Assembly: GCA_040954595.2 (NCBI GenBank)
Contig: CM082588.2
Location: forward strand, 4,590,156-4,654,155
Source: Balanoglossus misakiensis
Lineage: Eukaryota; Animalia; Hemichordata
Length of the DNA: 64,000 bases
Reading direction: 5' to 3'
In this document: one piece after another, positions 30,501-44,037 of the stretch
Layout: each line of letters starts with the position of its first letter
Position numbering within the stretch: the first letter of the stretch is position 1
Notes under the pieces: model-generated
Told to the model about the DNA's origin: nothing
What the model saw: the letters and a program-made list of their open reading frames with translations, nothing else
Database searches by the model: none
Made by a program: the position numbers and the translations under genes

Positions 30501-33500
30501 TTTTGTCGAAAAACCACCAAATTTTGAAATTTCGCGAAGTCGAAAAATTGACATTTCTGGATGATTTTCATGAGCTATAACCCATGGTTTTTGTCGAAAA
30601 ACCACCAAATTATGAAATTTCGCGAAGTCGAAAAATTGACATTTCTGGATGATATTCATGAGCTATAACCCATGGTTTTTGTCGAAAAACCACCAAATTT
30701 TGAAATTTCGCGAAGTCGAAAAATTGACATTTCTGGATGATATTCATGAGCTATAACCCATGGTTTTTGTCGAAAAACCACCAAATTTTGAAATTTCGCG
30801 AAGTCGAAAAATTGACATTTCTGGGTGATTTTCATGAGCTATAACTCATGGTTTTTGTCGAAAAACCACCAAATTTTGAAATTTCGCGAAGTCGAAAAAT
30901 TGACATTTCTGGGTGATTTTCATGAGCTATAACCCATGGTTTTTGTCGAAAAACCACCAAATTTTGAAATTTCGCGAAGTCTAAAAATTGACATTTCTGG
31001 GTGATTTTCATGAGCTATAACCCATGGTTTTTGTCGAAAAACCACTAAATTTTGAAATTTCGCGAAGTCGAAAAATTGACATTTCTGGATGATTTTCATG
31101 AGCTATAACCCATGGTTTTTGTCGAAAAACCACCAAATTTTGAAATTTCGCGAAGTCGAAAAATTGACATTTCTGGGTGATTTTCATCAGCTATAACCCA
31201 TGGTTTTTGTCGAAAAACCACCAAATTTTGAAATTTCGCGAAGTCGAAAAATTGACATTTCTGGGTGATTTTCATGAGCTATAACCCATGGTTTTTGTCG
31301 AAAAACCACCAAATTTTGAAAATTTCGCGAAGTCGAAAAATTGACATTTCTGGGTGATTTTCATGAGCTATAACCCATGGTTTTTGTCGAAAAACCACCA
31401 AATTTTGAAATTTCGCGAAGTCGAAAAATTCACATTTCTGGGTGATTTTCATGAGCTATATATAACCCATGGTTTTGTCGAAAAAAAACAAATTTTGAAA
31501 TTTCGCGAAGTCGAAAAATTGACATTTCTGGATGATTTTCATGAGCTATAACCCATGGTTTTTGTCGAAAAACCACAAATTTTGAAATTTCGCGAAGTCG
31601 AAAAATTGACATTTCTGGATGATTTTCATGAGCTATAACCCATGGTTTTTGTCGAAAAACCACCAAATTTTGAAATTTCGCGAAGTCGAAAAATGACATT
31701 TCTGGGTGATTTTCATGAGCTATAACCCATGGTTTTTGTCGAAAAACCACCAAATTTTGAAATTTCGCGAAGTCGAAAAATTGACATTTCTGGGTGATTT
31801 TCATGAGCTATAACCCATGGTTTTTGTCGAAAAACCACCAAATTTTGAAATTTCGCGAAGTCGAAAAATTGACATTTCTGGATGATTTTCATGAGCTATA
31901 ACCCATGGTTTTTGTCGAAAAACCACCAAATTTTGAAATTTCGCGAAGTCGAAAAATTGACATTTCTGGGTGATTTTCATGAGCTATAACCCATGGTTTT
32001 TGTCGAAAAACCACCAAATTTTGAAATTTCGCGAAGTCGAAAAATTGACATTTCTGGGTGATTTTCATGAGCTATAACCCATGGTTTTTGTCGAAAAACC
32101 ACCAAATTTTGAAATTTCGGCGAAGTCTAAAAATTGACATTTCTGGGTGATTTTCATGAGCTATAACCCATGGTTTTTGTCGAAAAACCACCAAATTTTG
32201 AAATTTGGCGAAGTCGAAAAATTGACATTTCTGGGTGATTTTCATGAGCTATAACCCATGGTTTTTGTCGAAAAACCACCAAATTTTGAAATTTCGCGAA
32301 GTCGAAAAATTGACATTTCTGGATGATTTTCATGAGCTATAACCCATGGTTTTTGTCGAAAAACCACCAAATTTTGAAATTTCGCGAAGTAAAAAAATTG
32401 ACATTTCCTGGGTGATTTTCATGAGCTATAACCCATGGTTTTTGTCGAAAAACCACCAAATTTTGAAATTTGGCGAAGTCGAAAAATTGACATTTCTGGG
32501 TGATTTTCATGAGCTATAACCCATGGATTTTGTCGAAAAACCACCAAATTTTGAAATTTCGCGAAGTCGAAAAATTGACATTTCTGGATGATTTTCATGA
32601 GCTATAACCCATGGTTTTTGTCGAAAAACCACCAAATTTTGAAATTTAGCGAAGTCGAAAAATTGACATTTCTGGGTGATTTTCATGAGCTATAACCCAT
32701 GGTTTTTGTCGAAAAACCACCAAATTTTGAAATTTCGCGAAGTAAAAAAATTGACATTTCTGGGTGATTTTCATGAGCTATAACCCATGGTTTTTGTCGA
32801 AAAACCACCAAATTTTGAAATTTGGCGAAGTCGAAAAATTGACATTTCTGGGTGATTTTCATGAGCTATAACCCATGGATTTTGTCGAAAAACCACCAAA
32901 TTTTGAAATTTCGCGAAGTCGAAAAATTGACATTTCTGGATGATTTTCATGAGCTATAACCCATGGTTTTTGTCGAAAAACCACCAAATTTTGAAATTTA
33001 GCGAAGTCGAAAAATTGACATTTCTGGGTGATTTTCATGAGCTATAACCCATTGTTTTTGTCGAAAAACCACCAAATTTTGAAATTTCGCGAAGTCGAAA
33101 AATTGACATTTCTGGATGATTTTCATGAGCTATAACCCATGGTTTTTGTCGAAAAACCACCAAATTTTGAAATTTCGCAAAGTCGAAAAATTGACATTTC
33201 TGGATGATTTTCATGAGCTATAACCCATGGTTTTTGTCGAAAAACCACCAAATTTTGAAATTTTGCGAAGTCGAAAAATTGACATTTCTGGATGATTTTC
33301 ATGAGCTATAACCCATGGTTTTTGTCGAAAAACCACCAAATTTTGAAATTTCGCGAAGTCGAAAAATTGACATTTCTGGATGATTTTCATGAGCTATAAC
33401 CCATGGTTTTTGTCGAAAAACCACCAAATTTTGAAATTTCGCGAAGTCGAAAAATTGACATTTCTGGATGATTTTCCTGAGCTATAACCCATGGTTTTTG

Positions 33501-34212
33501 TCGAAAAACCACCAAATTTTGAATCGCGAAGTCGAAAAATTGACATTTCTGGGTGATTTTCCTGAGCTATAACCCATGGTTTTTGTCGAAAAACCACCAA
33601 ATTTTGAAATTTCGCGAAGTCGAAAAATTGACATTTCTGGGTGATTTTCATGAGCTATAACCCATGGTTTTTGTCGAAAAACCACCAAATTTTGAAATTT
33701 CGCGAAGTCGAAAAATTGACATTTCTGGGTGATTTTCATGAGCTATAACCCATGGTTTTTGTCGAAAAACCACCATATTTTGAAATTTCGCGAAGTCGCA
33801 AAATTGACATTTCTGGATGATTTTCATGAGCTATAACCCATGGTTTTTGTCGAAAAACCACCAAATTTTGAAATTTCGCAAAGTCGAAAAATTCACATTT
33901 CTGGGTGATTTTATTGAGCTATAACCCATGGTTTTTGTCAAAAAAACACCAAATTTTGAAATTTCGCGAGGTCGAAAAATTGACATTTCTGGGTGATTTT
34001 CCTGAGCTATAACCCATGGTTTTTGTCGAAAAACCACCAAATTTTGAAATTTCGCGAAGTCGAAAAATTGACATTTCTGGGTGATTTTCATGAGCTATAA
34101 CCCATGGTTTTTGTCGAAAAACCACCATATTTTGAAATTTCGCGAAGTCGCAAAATTGACATTTCTGGATGATTTTCATGAGCTATAACCCATGGTTTTT
34201 GTCGAAAACCAC
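15502..34212 (+). repeat. 88-bp satellite array, left arm (~212 monomers)
   Basis: Consensus GAGCTATAACCCATGGTTTTTGTCGAAAAACCACCAAATTTTGAAATTTCGCGAAGTCGAAAAATTGACATTTCTGG(G/A)TGATTTTCAT, head-to-tail and highly homogeneous. Confidence 0.99.
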
Positions 34213-34214
34213 TA

Positions 34215-37200
34215 CGCAAAATTTCAAAATTTGGTGGTTTTTTGACAAAAACCATGGGTTTTAGCTCATGAAAATCACCCAGAAATGTAAATTTTTCGAC
34301 TTCGCGAAATTTCAAAATTTGGTGGTTTTTCGACAAAAACCATGGGTTATAGCTCATGAAAACCACCCAGAAATGTCAAATTTTTCGACTTCGCGAAATT
34401 TCAAAATTTGGTGGTTTTTCTACAAAAATAATGGGTTATAGCTCATGAAAATCATCCAGAAATGTCAATTTTGCGACTTCGCGAAATTTCAAAATTTGGT
34501 GGTTTTTCGACAAAAACCATGGGTTATAGCTCAGGAAAATCACCCAGAAATGTCAATTTTTCGACTTCGCGGAATTTCAAAATTTGGTGGTTTTTCGACA
34601 AAAACCATGGGTTATAGCTCAGGAAAATCACTCAGAAATGTCAATTTTTCGACTTCGCGAAATTTCAAAATTTGGTGGTTTTTCGACAAAAACCATGGGT
34701 TATAGCTCATGAAAATCATCCAGAAATGTCAATTTTTCGACTTCGCGAAATTTCAAAATTTAGTGGTTTTTCGACAAAAACCATGGGTTATAGCTCAGGA
34801 AAATCACCCAGAAATGTCAATTTTTCGACCTCGCGAAATTTCAAAATTTGGTGTTTTTTTGACAAAAACCATGGGTTATAGCTCTGGAAAATCACCCAGA
34901 AATGTCAATTTTTCGACTTCGCGAAATTTCAAAATTTGGTGGTTTTTCGACAAAAACCATGGGTTATAGCTCAGGAAAATCACCCAGAAATGTCAATTTT
35001 TCGACTTCGCGAAATTTCAAAATTTGGTGGTTTTTCGACAAAAACCATGGGTTATAGCTCAGGAAAATCACCCAGAAATGTCAATTTTTCGACTTCGCGA
35101 AATTTCAAAATTTGGTGGTTTTTCGACAAAAACCATGGGTTATAGCTCATGAAAATCATCCAGAAATGTCAATTTTTCGACTTCGCGAAATTTCAAAATT
35201 TAGTGGTTTTTCGACAAAAACCATGGGTTATAGCTCAGGAAAATCACCCAGAAATGTCAATTTTTCGACTTCGCGAAATTTCAAAATTTGGTGGTTTTTC
35301 GACAAAAACCATGGGTTATAGCTCAGGAAAATCACCCAGAAATGTCAATTTTTCGACTTCGCGAAATTTCAAAATTTGGTGGTTTTTCGACAAAAACCAT
35401 GGGTTATAGCTCAGGAAAATCACCCAGAAATGTCAATTTTTCGACTTCGCGAAATTTCAAAATTTGGTGGTTTTTCGACAAAAACCATGGGTTATAGCTC
35501 ATGAAAATCACCCAGAAATGTCAATTTTTCGACTTCGCGAAATTTCAAAAGTTGGTGGTTTTTCGACAAAAACCATGGGTTATAGCTCATGAAAATCACC
35601 CAGAAATGTCAATTTTTCGACTTCGCGAAATTTCAAAATTTGGTGGTTTTTCGACAAAACCATGGGTTATTGCTCATGAAAATCACCCAGAAATGTCAAT
35701 TTTTGTACTTCGCGAAATTTCAAAATTTGGTGGTTTTTCGACAAAAACCATGGGTTATAGCTCATGAAAATCACCCAGAAATGTCAATTTTTCGACTTCG
35801 CGAAATTTCAAAATTTGGTGGTTTTTCGACAAAAACCATGCGTTATAGCTCATGAAAATCATCCAGAAATGTCAATTTTTCGACTTCGCGAAATTTCAAA
35901 ATTTGGTGGTTTTTCGACAAAAACCATGGGTTATAGCTCAGGAAAATCACCCAGAAATGTCAATTTTTCGACTTCGCGGAATTTCAAAATTTTGTGGTTA
36001 TTCGACAAAAACCATGGGTTATAGCTCAGGAAAATCACCCAGAAATGTCAATTTTTCGACTTCGCGAAATTTCAAAATTTGGTGGTTTTTCGACAAAAAC
36101 CATGGGTTATAGCTCATGAAAATCACCCAGAAATGTCAATTTTTCGACTTCGCGAAATTTCAAAATTTGGTGGTTTTTCGACAAAAACCATGGGTTATAG
36201 CTCAGGAAAATCACCCAGAAATGTCAATTTTTCGACTTCGCGAAATTTTAAAATTTGGTGGTTTTTCGACAAAAACCATGGGTTATAGCTCATGAAAATC
36301 ACCCAGAAATGTCAATTTTTCGACTTCGCGAAATTTCAAAAGTTGGTGGTTTTTCGACAAAAACCATGGGTTATAGCTCATGAAAATCACCCAGAAATGT
36401 CAATTTTTCGACTTCGCGAAATTTCAAAATTTGGTGGTTTTTCGACAAAACCATGGGTTATAGCTCATGAAAATCACCCAGAAATGTCAATTTTTGTACT
36501 TCGCGAAATTTCAAAATTTGGTGGTTTTTCGACAAAAACCATGGGTTATAGCTCATGAAAATCACCCAGAAATGTCAATTTTTCGACTTCGCGAAATTTC
36601 AAAATTTGGTGGTTTTTCGACAAAAACCATGCGTTATAGCTCATGAAAATCATCCAGAAATGTCAATTTTTCGACTTCGCGAAATTTCAAAATTTGGTGG
36701 TTTTTCGACAAAAACCATGGGTTATAGCTCAGGAAAATCACCCAGAAATGTCAATTTTTCGACTTCGCGGAATTTCAAAATTTTGTGGTTTTTCGACAAA
36801 AACCATGGGTTATAGCTCAGGAAAATCACCCAGAAATGTCAATTTTTCGACTTCGCGAAATTTCAAAATTTGGTGGTTTTTCGACAAAAACCATGGGTTA
36901 TAGCTCAGGAAAATCATCCAGAAATGTCAATTTTTCGACTTGGCGAAATTTCAAAATTTGGTGGTTTTTTGACAAAAACCATGGGTTATAGCTCAGGAAA
37001 ATCATCCAGAAATGTCAATTTTTCGACTTCGCGAAATTTCAAAATTTGGTGGTTTTTCGACAAAAACCATGGGTTATAGCTCAGGAAAATCACCCAGAAA
37101 TGTCAATTTTTCGACTTCGCGAAATTTCAAAAGTTGGTGGTTTTTCGACAAAAACCATGGGTTATAGCTCATGAAAATCACCCAGAAATGTCAATTTTTC

Positions 37201-40200
37201 GACTTCGCGAAATTTCAAAATTTGGTGGTTTTTCGACAAAACCATGGGTTATAGCTCATGAAAATCACCCAGAAATGTCAATTTTTGTACTTCGCGAAAT
37301 TTCAAAATTTGGTGGTTTTTCGACAAAAACCATGGGTTATAGCTCATGAAAATCACCCAGAAATGTCAATTTTTCGACTTCGCGAAATTTCAAAATTTGG
37401 TGGTTTTTCGACAAAAACCATGCGTTATAGCTCATGAAAATCATCCAGAAATGTCAATTTTTCGACTTCGCGAAATTTCAAAATTTGGTGGTTTTTCGAC
37501 AAAAACCATGGGTTATAGCTCAGGAAAATCACCCAGAAATGTCAATTTTTCGACTTCGCGGAATTTCAAAATTTTGTGGTTTTTCGACAAAAACCATGGG
37601 TTATAGCTCAGGAAAATCACCCAGAAATGTCAATTTTTCGACTTCGCGAAATTTCAAAATTTGGTGGTTTTTCGACAAAAACCATGGGTTATAGCTCATG
37701 AAAATCATCCAGAAATGTCAATTTTTCGACTTCGCGAAATTTCAAAATTTGGTGGTTTTTCGACAAAAACCATGGGTTATAGCTCAGGAAAATCATCCAG
37801 AAATGTCAATTTTTCGACTTCGCGAAATTTCAAAATTTGGTGGTTTTTCGACAAAAACCATGGGTTATAGCTCAGGAAAATCACCCAGAAATGTCAATTT
37901 TTCGACTTCGCGAAATTTCAAAATTTGGTGGTTTTTCGACAAAAACCATGGGTTATAGCTCAGGAAAATCACCCAGAAATGTCAATTTTTCGACTTCGCG
38001 AAATTTCAAAATTTGGTGGTTTTTCGACAAAAACCATGGGTTATAGCTCATGAAAATCACCCAGAAATGTCAATTTTTCGACTTCGCGAAATTTCAAAAG
38101 TTGGTGGTTTTTCGACAAAAACCATGGGTTATAGCTCATGAAAATCACCCAGAAATGTCAATTTTTCGACTTCGCGAAATTTCAAAATTTGGTGGTTTTT
38201 CGACAAAAACCATGCGTTATAGCTCATGAAAATCATCCAGAAATGTCAATTTTTCGACTTCGCGAAATTTCAAAATTTGGTGGTTTTTCGACAAAAACCA
38301 TGGGTTATAGCTCAGGAAAATCACCCAGAAATGTCAATTTTTCGACTTCGCGGAATTTCAAAATTTTGTGGTTTTTCGACAAAAACCATGGGTTATAGCT
38401 CAGGAAAATCACCCAGAAATGTCAATTTTTCGACTTCGCGAAATTTCAAAATTTGGTGGTTTTTCGACAAAAACCATGGGTTATAGCTCAGGAAAATCAT
38501 CCAGAAATGTCAATTTTTCGACTTGGCGAAATTTCAAAATTTGGTGGTTTTTTGACAAAAACCATGGGTTATAGCTCAGGAAAATCATCCAGAAATGTCA
38601 ATTTTTCGACTTCGCGAAATTTCAAAATTTGGTGGTTTTTCGACAAAAACCATGGGTTATAGCTCAGGAAAATCACCCAGAAATGTCAATTTTTCGACTT
38701 CGCGAAATTTCAAAATTTGGTGGTTTTTCGACAAAAACCATGGGTTATAGCTCAGGAAAATCACCCAGAAATGTCAATTTTTCGACTTCGCGAAATTTCA
38801 AAATTTGGTGGTTTTTCGACAAAAACCATGGGTTATAGCTCATGAAAATCACCCAGAAATGTCAATTTTTCGACTTCGCGAAATTTCAAAAGTTGGTGGT
38901 TTTTCGACAAAAACCATGGGTTATAGCTCATGAAAATCACCCAGAAATGTCAATTTTTCGACTTCGCGAAATTTCAAAATTTAGTGGTTTTTCGACAAAA
39001 ACCATGGGTTATAGCTCAGGAAAATCACCCAGAAATGTCAATTTTTCGACTTCGCGAAATTTCAAAATTTGGTGGGTTTTCGACAAAAACCATGGGTTAT
39101 AGCTCAGGAAAATCACCCAGAAATGTCAATTTTTCGACTTCGCGAAATTTCAAAATTTGGTGGTTTTTCGACAAAAACCATGGGTTATAGCTCAGGAAAA
39201 TCACCCAGAAATGTCAATTTTTCGACTTCGCGAAATTTCAAAATTTGGTGGTTTTTCGACAAAAACCATGGGTTATAGCTCAAGAAAATCACCCAGAAAT
39301 GTCAATTTTTCGACTTCGCGAAATTTCAAAATTTGGTGGTTTTTCGACAAAAACCATGGGTTATAGCTCATGAAAATCACCCAGAAATGTCAATTTTTCG
39401 ACTTCGCGAAATTTCAAAATTTGGTGGTTTTTCGACAAAAACCATGGGTTATAGCTCAGGAAAATCACCCAGAAATGTCAATTTTTCGACTTCGCGAAAT
39501 TTCAAAATTTGGTGGTTTTTCGACAAAAACCATGGGTTATAGCTCATGAAAATCACCCAGAAATGTCAATTTTTCGACTTCGCGAAATTTCAAAAGTTGG
39601 TGGTTTTTCGACAAAAACCATGGGTTATAGCTCATGAAAATCACCCAGAAATGTCAATTTTTCGACTTCGCGAAATTTCAAAATTTGGTGGTTTTTCGAC
39701 AAAACCATGGGTTATAGCTCATGAAAATCACCCAGAAATGTCAATTTTTGTACTTCGCGAAATTTCAAAATTTGGTGGTTTTTCGACAAAAACCATGGGT
39801 TATAGCTCAGGAAAATCACCCAGAAATGTCAATTTTTCGACTTCGCGAAATTTCAAAATTTGGTGGTTTTTCGACAAAAACCATGGGTTATAGCTCATGA
39901 AAATCATCCAGAAATGTCAATTTTTCGACTTCGCGAAATTTCAAAATTTGGTGGTTTTTCGACAAAAACCATGGGTTATAGCTCAGGAAAATCACCCAGA
40001 AATGTCAATTTTTCGACTTCGCGGAATTTCAAAATTTTGTGGTTTTTCGACAAAAACCATGGGTTATAGCTCAGGAAAATCACCCAGAAATGTCAATTTT
40101 TCGACTTCGCGAAATTTCAAAATTTGGTGGTTTTTCGACAAAAACCATGGGTTATAGCTCAGGAAAATCATCCAGAAATGTCAATTTTTCGACTTGGCGA

Positions 40201-43200
40201 AATTTCAAAATTTGGTGGTTTTTTGACAAAAACCATGGGTTATAGCTCAGGAAAATCATCCAGAAATGTCAATTTTTCGACTTCGCGAAATTTCAAAATT
40301 TGGTGGTTTTTCGACAAAAACCATGGGTTATAGCTCAGGAAAATCACCCAGAAATGTCAATTTTTCGACTTCGCGAAATTTCAAAATTTGGTGGTTTTCC
40401 GACAAAAACATGGGTTATAGCTCAGGAAAATCACCCAGAAATGTCAATTTTTCGACTTCGCGAAATTTCAAAATTTGGTGGTTTTTCGACAAAAACCATG
40501 GGTTATAGCTCATGAAAATCACCCAGAAATGTCAATTTTTCGACTTCGCGAAATTTCAAAAGTTGGTGGTTTTTCGACAAAAACCATGGGTTATAGCTCA
40601 TGAAAATCACCCAGAAATGTCAATTTTTCGACTTCGCGAAATTTCAAAATTTGGTGGTTTTTCGACAAAAACCATGGGTTATAGCTCATGAAAATCACCC
40701 AGAAATGTCAATTTTTCGATTTCGCGAAATTTCAAAATTTGGTGGTTTTTAGACAAAAACCATGGGTTATAGCTCATGAAAATCATCCAGAAATGTCAAT
40801 TTTTCGACTTCGCGAAATTTCAAAATTTGGTGGTTTTTCGACAAAAACCATGGGTTATAGCTCATGAAAATCATCCAGAAATGTCAATTTTTCGACTTCG
40901 CGAAATTTCAAAATTTGGTGGTTTTTCGACAAAAACCATGGGTTATAGCTCAGGAAAATCATCCTGAAATGTCAATTTTTCGTCTTCGCGAAATTTCAAA
41001 ATTTGGTGGTTTTTCGACAAAAACCATGGGTTATAGCTCATGAAAATCATCCAGAAATGTCAATTTTTCGACTTCGCGAAATTTCAAAATTTGGTGGTTT
41101 TTCGACAAAAACCATGGGTTATAGCTCATGAAAATCATCCAGAAATGTCAATTTTTCGACTTCGCGAAATTTCAAAATTTGGTGGTTTTTCGACAAAAAC
41201 AATGGGTTTTAGCTCAGGAATATCATCCAGAAATGTCAATTTTTCGACTTCGCGAAATTTCAAAATTTGGTGGTTTTTCTACAAAAACCATGGGTTATAG
41301 CTCAGGAAAATCACCCAGAAATGTCAATTTTTCGACTTCGCGAAATTTCAAAATTTGGTGGTTTTTCGACAAAAACCATGGGTTATAGCTCAGGAAAATC
41401 ACCCAGAAATGTCAATTTTTCGACTTCGCGAAATTTCAAAATTTGGTGGTTTTTTGACAAAAACCATGGGTTATAGCTCAGGAAAATCACCCAGAAATGT
41501 CAATTTTTCGACTTTGCGAAATTTCAAAATTAGGTGGTTTTTCGACAAAAACCATGGGTTATAGCTCAGGAAAATCACCCAGAAATGTCAATTTTTCGAC
41601 TTCGCGAAATTTCAAAATTTGGTGGTTTTTCGACAAAAACCATGGGTTATAGCTCAGGAAAATCACCCAGAAATGTCAATTTTTCGACTTCGCGAAATTT
41701 CAAAATTTGGTGGTTTTTCGACAAAAACCATGGGTTATAGCTCAAGAAAATCACCCAGAAATGTCAATTTTTCGACTTCGCGAAATTTCAAAATTTGGTG
41801 GTTTTTCGACAAAAACCATGGGTTATAGCTCAGGAAAATCACCCAGAAATGTCAATTTTTCGACTTCGCGAAATTTCAAAATTTGGTGGTTTTTCGACAA
41901 AAACCATGGGTTATAGCTCAGGAAAATCACCCAGAAATGTCAATTTTTCGACTTCGCGAAATTTCAAAATTTGGTGGTTTTTCGACAAAAACCATGGGTT
42001 ATAGCTCATGAAAATCATCCAGAAATGTCAATTTTTCGACTTCGCGAAATTTCAAAATTTGGTGGTTTTTCGACAAAAACCATGGGTTATAGCTCATGAA
42101 AATCATCCAGAAATGTCAATTTTTCGACTTCGCGAAATTTCAAAATTTGGAGGTTTTTCGACAAAAACCATGGGTTATAGCTCATGAAAATCATCCAGAA
42201 ATGTCAATTTTTCGACTTCGCGAAATTTCAAAATTTGGTGGTTTTTCGACAAAAACCATGGGTTATAGCTCAGGAAAATCACCCAGAAATGTCAATTTTT
42301 CGACTTCGCGAAATTTCAAAATTTGGTGGTTTTTTGACAAAAACCATGGGTTATAGCTCATGAAAATCACCCAGAAATGTCAATTTTTCGACTTCGCGAA
42401 ATTTCAAAATTTGGTGGTTTTTCGACAAAAACCATGGGTTATAGCTCATGAAAATCATCCAGAAATGTCAATTTTTCGACTTCGCGAAATTTCAAAATTT
42501 GGAGGTTTTTCGACAAAAACCATGGGTTATAGCTCATGAAAATCATCCAGAAATGTCAATTTTTCGACTTCGCGAAATTTCAAAATTTGGTGGTTTTTCG
42601 ACAAAAACCATGGGTTATAGCTCAGGAAAATCACCCAGAAATGTCAATTTTTCGACTTCGCGAAATTTCAAAATATGGTGGTTTTTCGACAAAAACCATG
42701 GGTTATAGCTCAGGAAAATCACCCAGAAATGTCAATTTTTCGACTTCGCGAAATTTCAAAATTTGGTGGTTTTTCGACAAAAACCATGGGTTATAGCTCA
42801 TGAAAATCACCCAGAAATGTCAATTTTTCGACTTCGCGAAATTTCAAAATTTGGTGGTTTTTCGACAAAAACCATGGGTTATAGCTCATGAAAATCATCC
42901 AGAAATGTCAATTTTTCGACTTCGCGAAATTTCAAAATTTTGTGGTTTTTCGACAAAAACCATGGGTTATAGCTCAGGAAAATCACCCAGAAATGTCAAT
43001 TTTTCGACTTCGCGAAATTTCAAAATTTGGTGGTTTTTCGACAAAAACCATGGGTTATAGCTCAGGAAAATCACCCAGAAATGTCAATTTTTCGACTTCG
43101 CGAAATTTCAAAATATGGTGGTTTTTCGACAAAAACCATGGGTTATAGCTGAGGAAAATCACCCAGAAATGTCAATTTTTCGACTTCGCGAAATTTCAAA

Positions 43201-44033
43201 ATTTGGTGGTTTTTCGACAAAAACCATGGGTTATAGCTCATGAAAATCACCCAGAAATGTCAATTTTTCGACTTCGCGAAATTTCAAAATTTGGTGGTTT
43301 TTCGACAAAAACCATGGGTTATAGCTCATGAAAATCATCCAGAAATGTCAATTTTTCGACTTCGCGAAATTTCAAAATTTGGTGGTTTTTCGACAAAAAC
43401 CATGGGTTATAGCTCAGGAAAATCACCCAGAAATGTCAATTTTTTGACTTCGCGAAATTTCAAAATTTGGTGGTTTTTCGACAAAAACCATGGGTTATAG
43501 CTCAGGAAAATCACCCAGAAATGTCAATTTTTCGACTTCGCGAAATTTCAAAATTTGGTGGTTTTTCGACAAAAACCATGGGTTATAGCTCAGGAATATC
43601 ACCCAGAAATGTCAATTTTTCGACTTCGCGAAATTTCAAAATTTGGTGGTTTTTCGACAAAAACCATGGGTTATAGCTCATGAAAATCATCCAAAAATGA
43701 CAATTTTTCGACTTTGCGAAATATCGAAATTTCTTCATTTTTTTGAAAAAACCATGGGTTATAGCTCATGAAAATCATCCAAAAATGACAATTTTTCGAC
43801 TTTGCGAAATATCGAAATTTCTTCATTTTTTGAAAAAACCATGGGTTATAGCTCATGAAAATCATCCAAAAATGACAATTTTTCGACTTTGCTACATATA
43901 TAAATTTCTTCAATTTTTCATAAAAATCATGGGTTATAGCTCATGAAAATCACCCAAAAATGACAATTTTTCGACTTTGCTACATATATAAATTTCTTCA
44001 ATTTTTCATAAAAATCATGGGTTATAGCTCATG
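34215..44033 (-). repeat. 88-bp satellite array, right arm in inverted orientation (~111 monomers)
   Basis: Reverse complement of the same monomer (...TTTTCGACAAAAACCATGGGTTATAGCTCA(T/G)GAAAATCA...). The last ~4 monomers (43681-44033) are strongly diverged. Confidence 0.99.
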
Positions 44034-44037
44034 CATG

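Noticed and set aside
15502-44033. CRISPR-like array (hairpin-containing repeats)
   Set aside because: No unique spacers, no cas genes, eukaryotic context.
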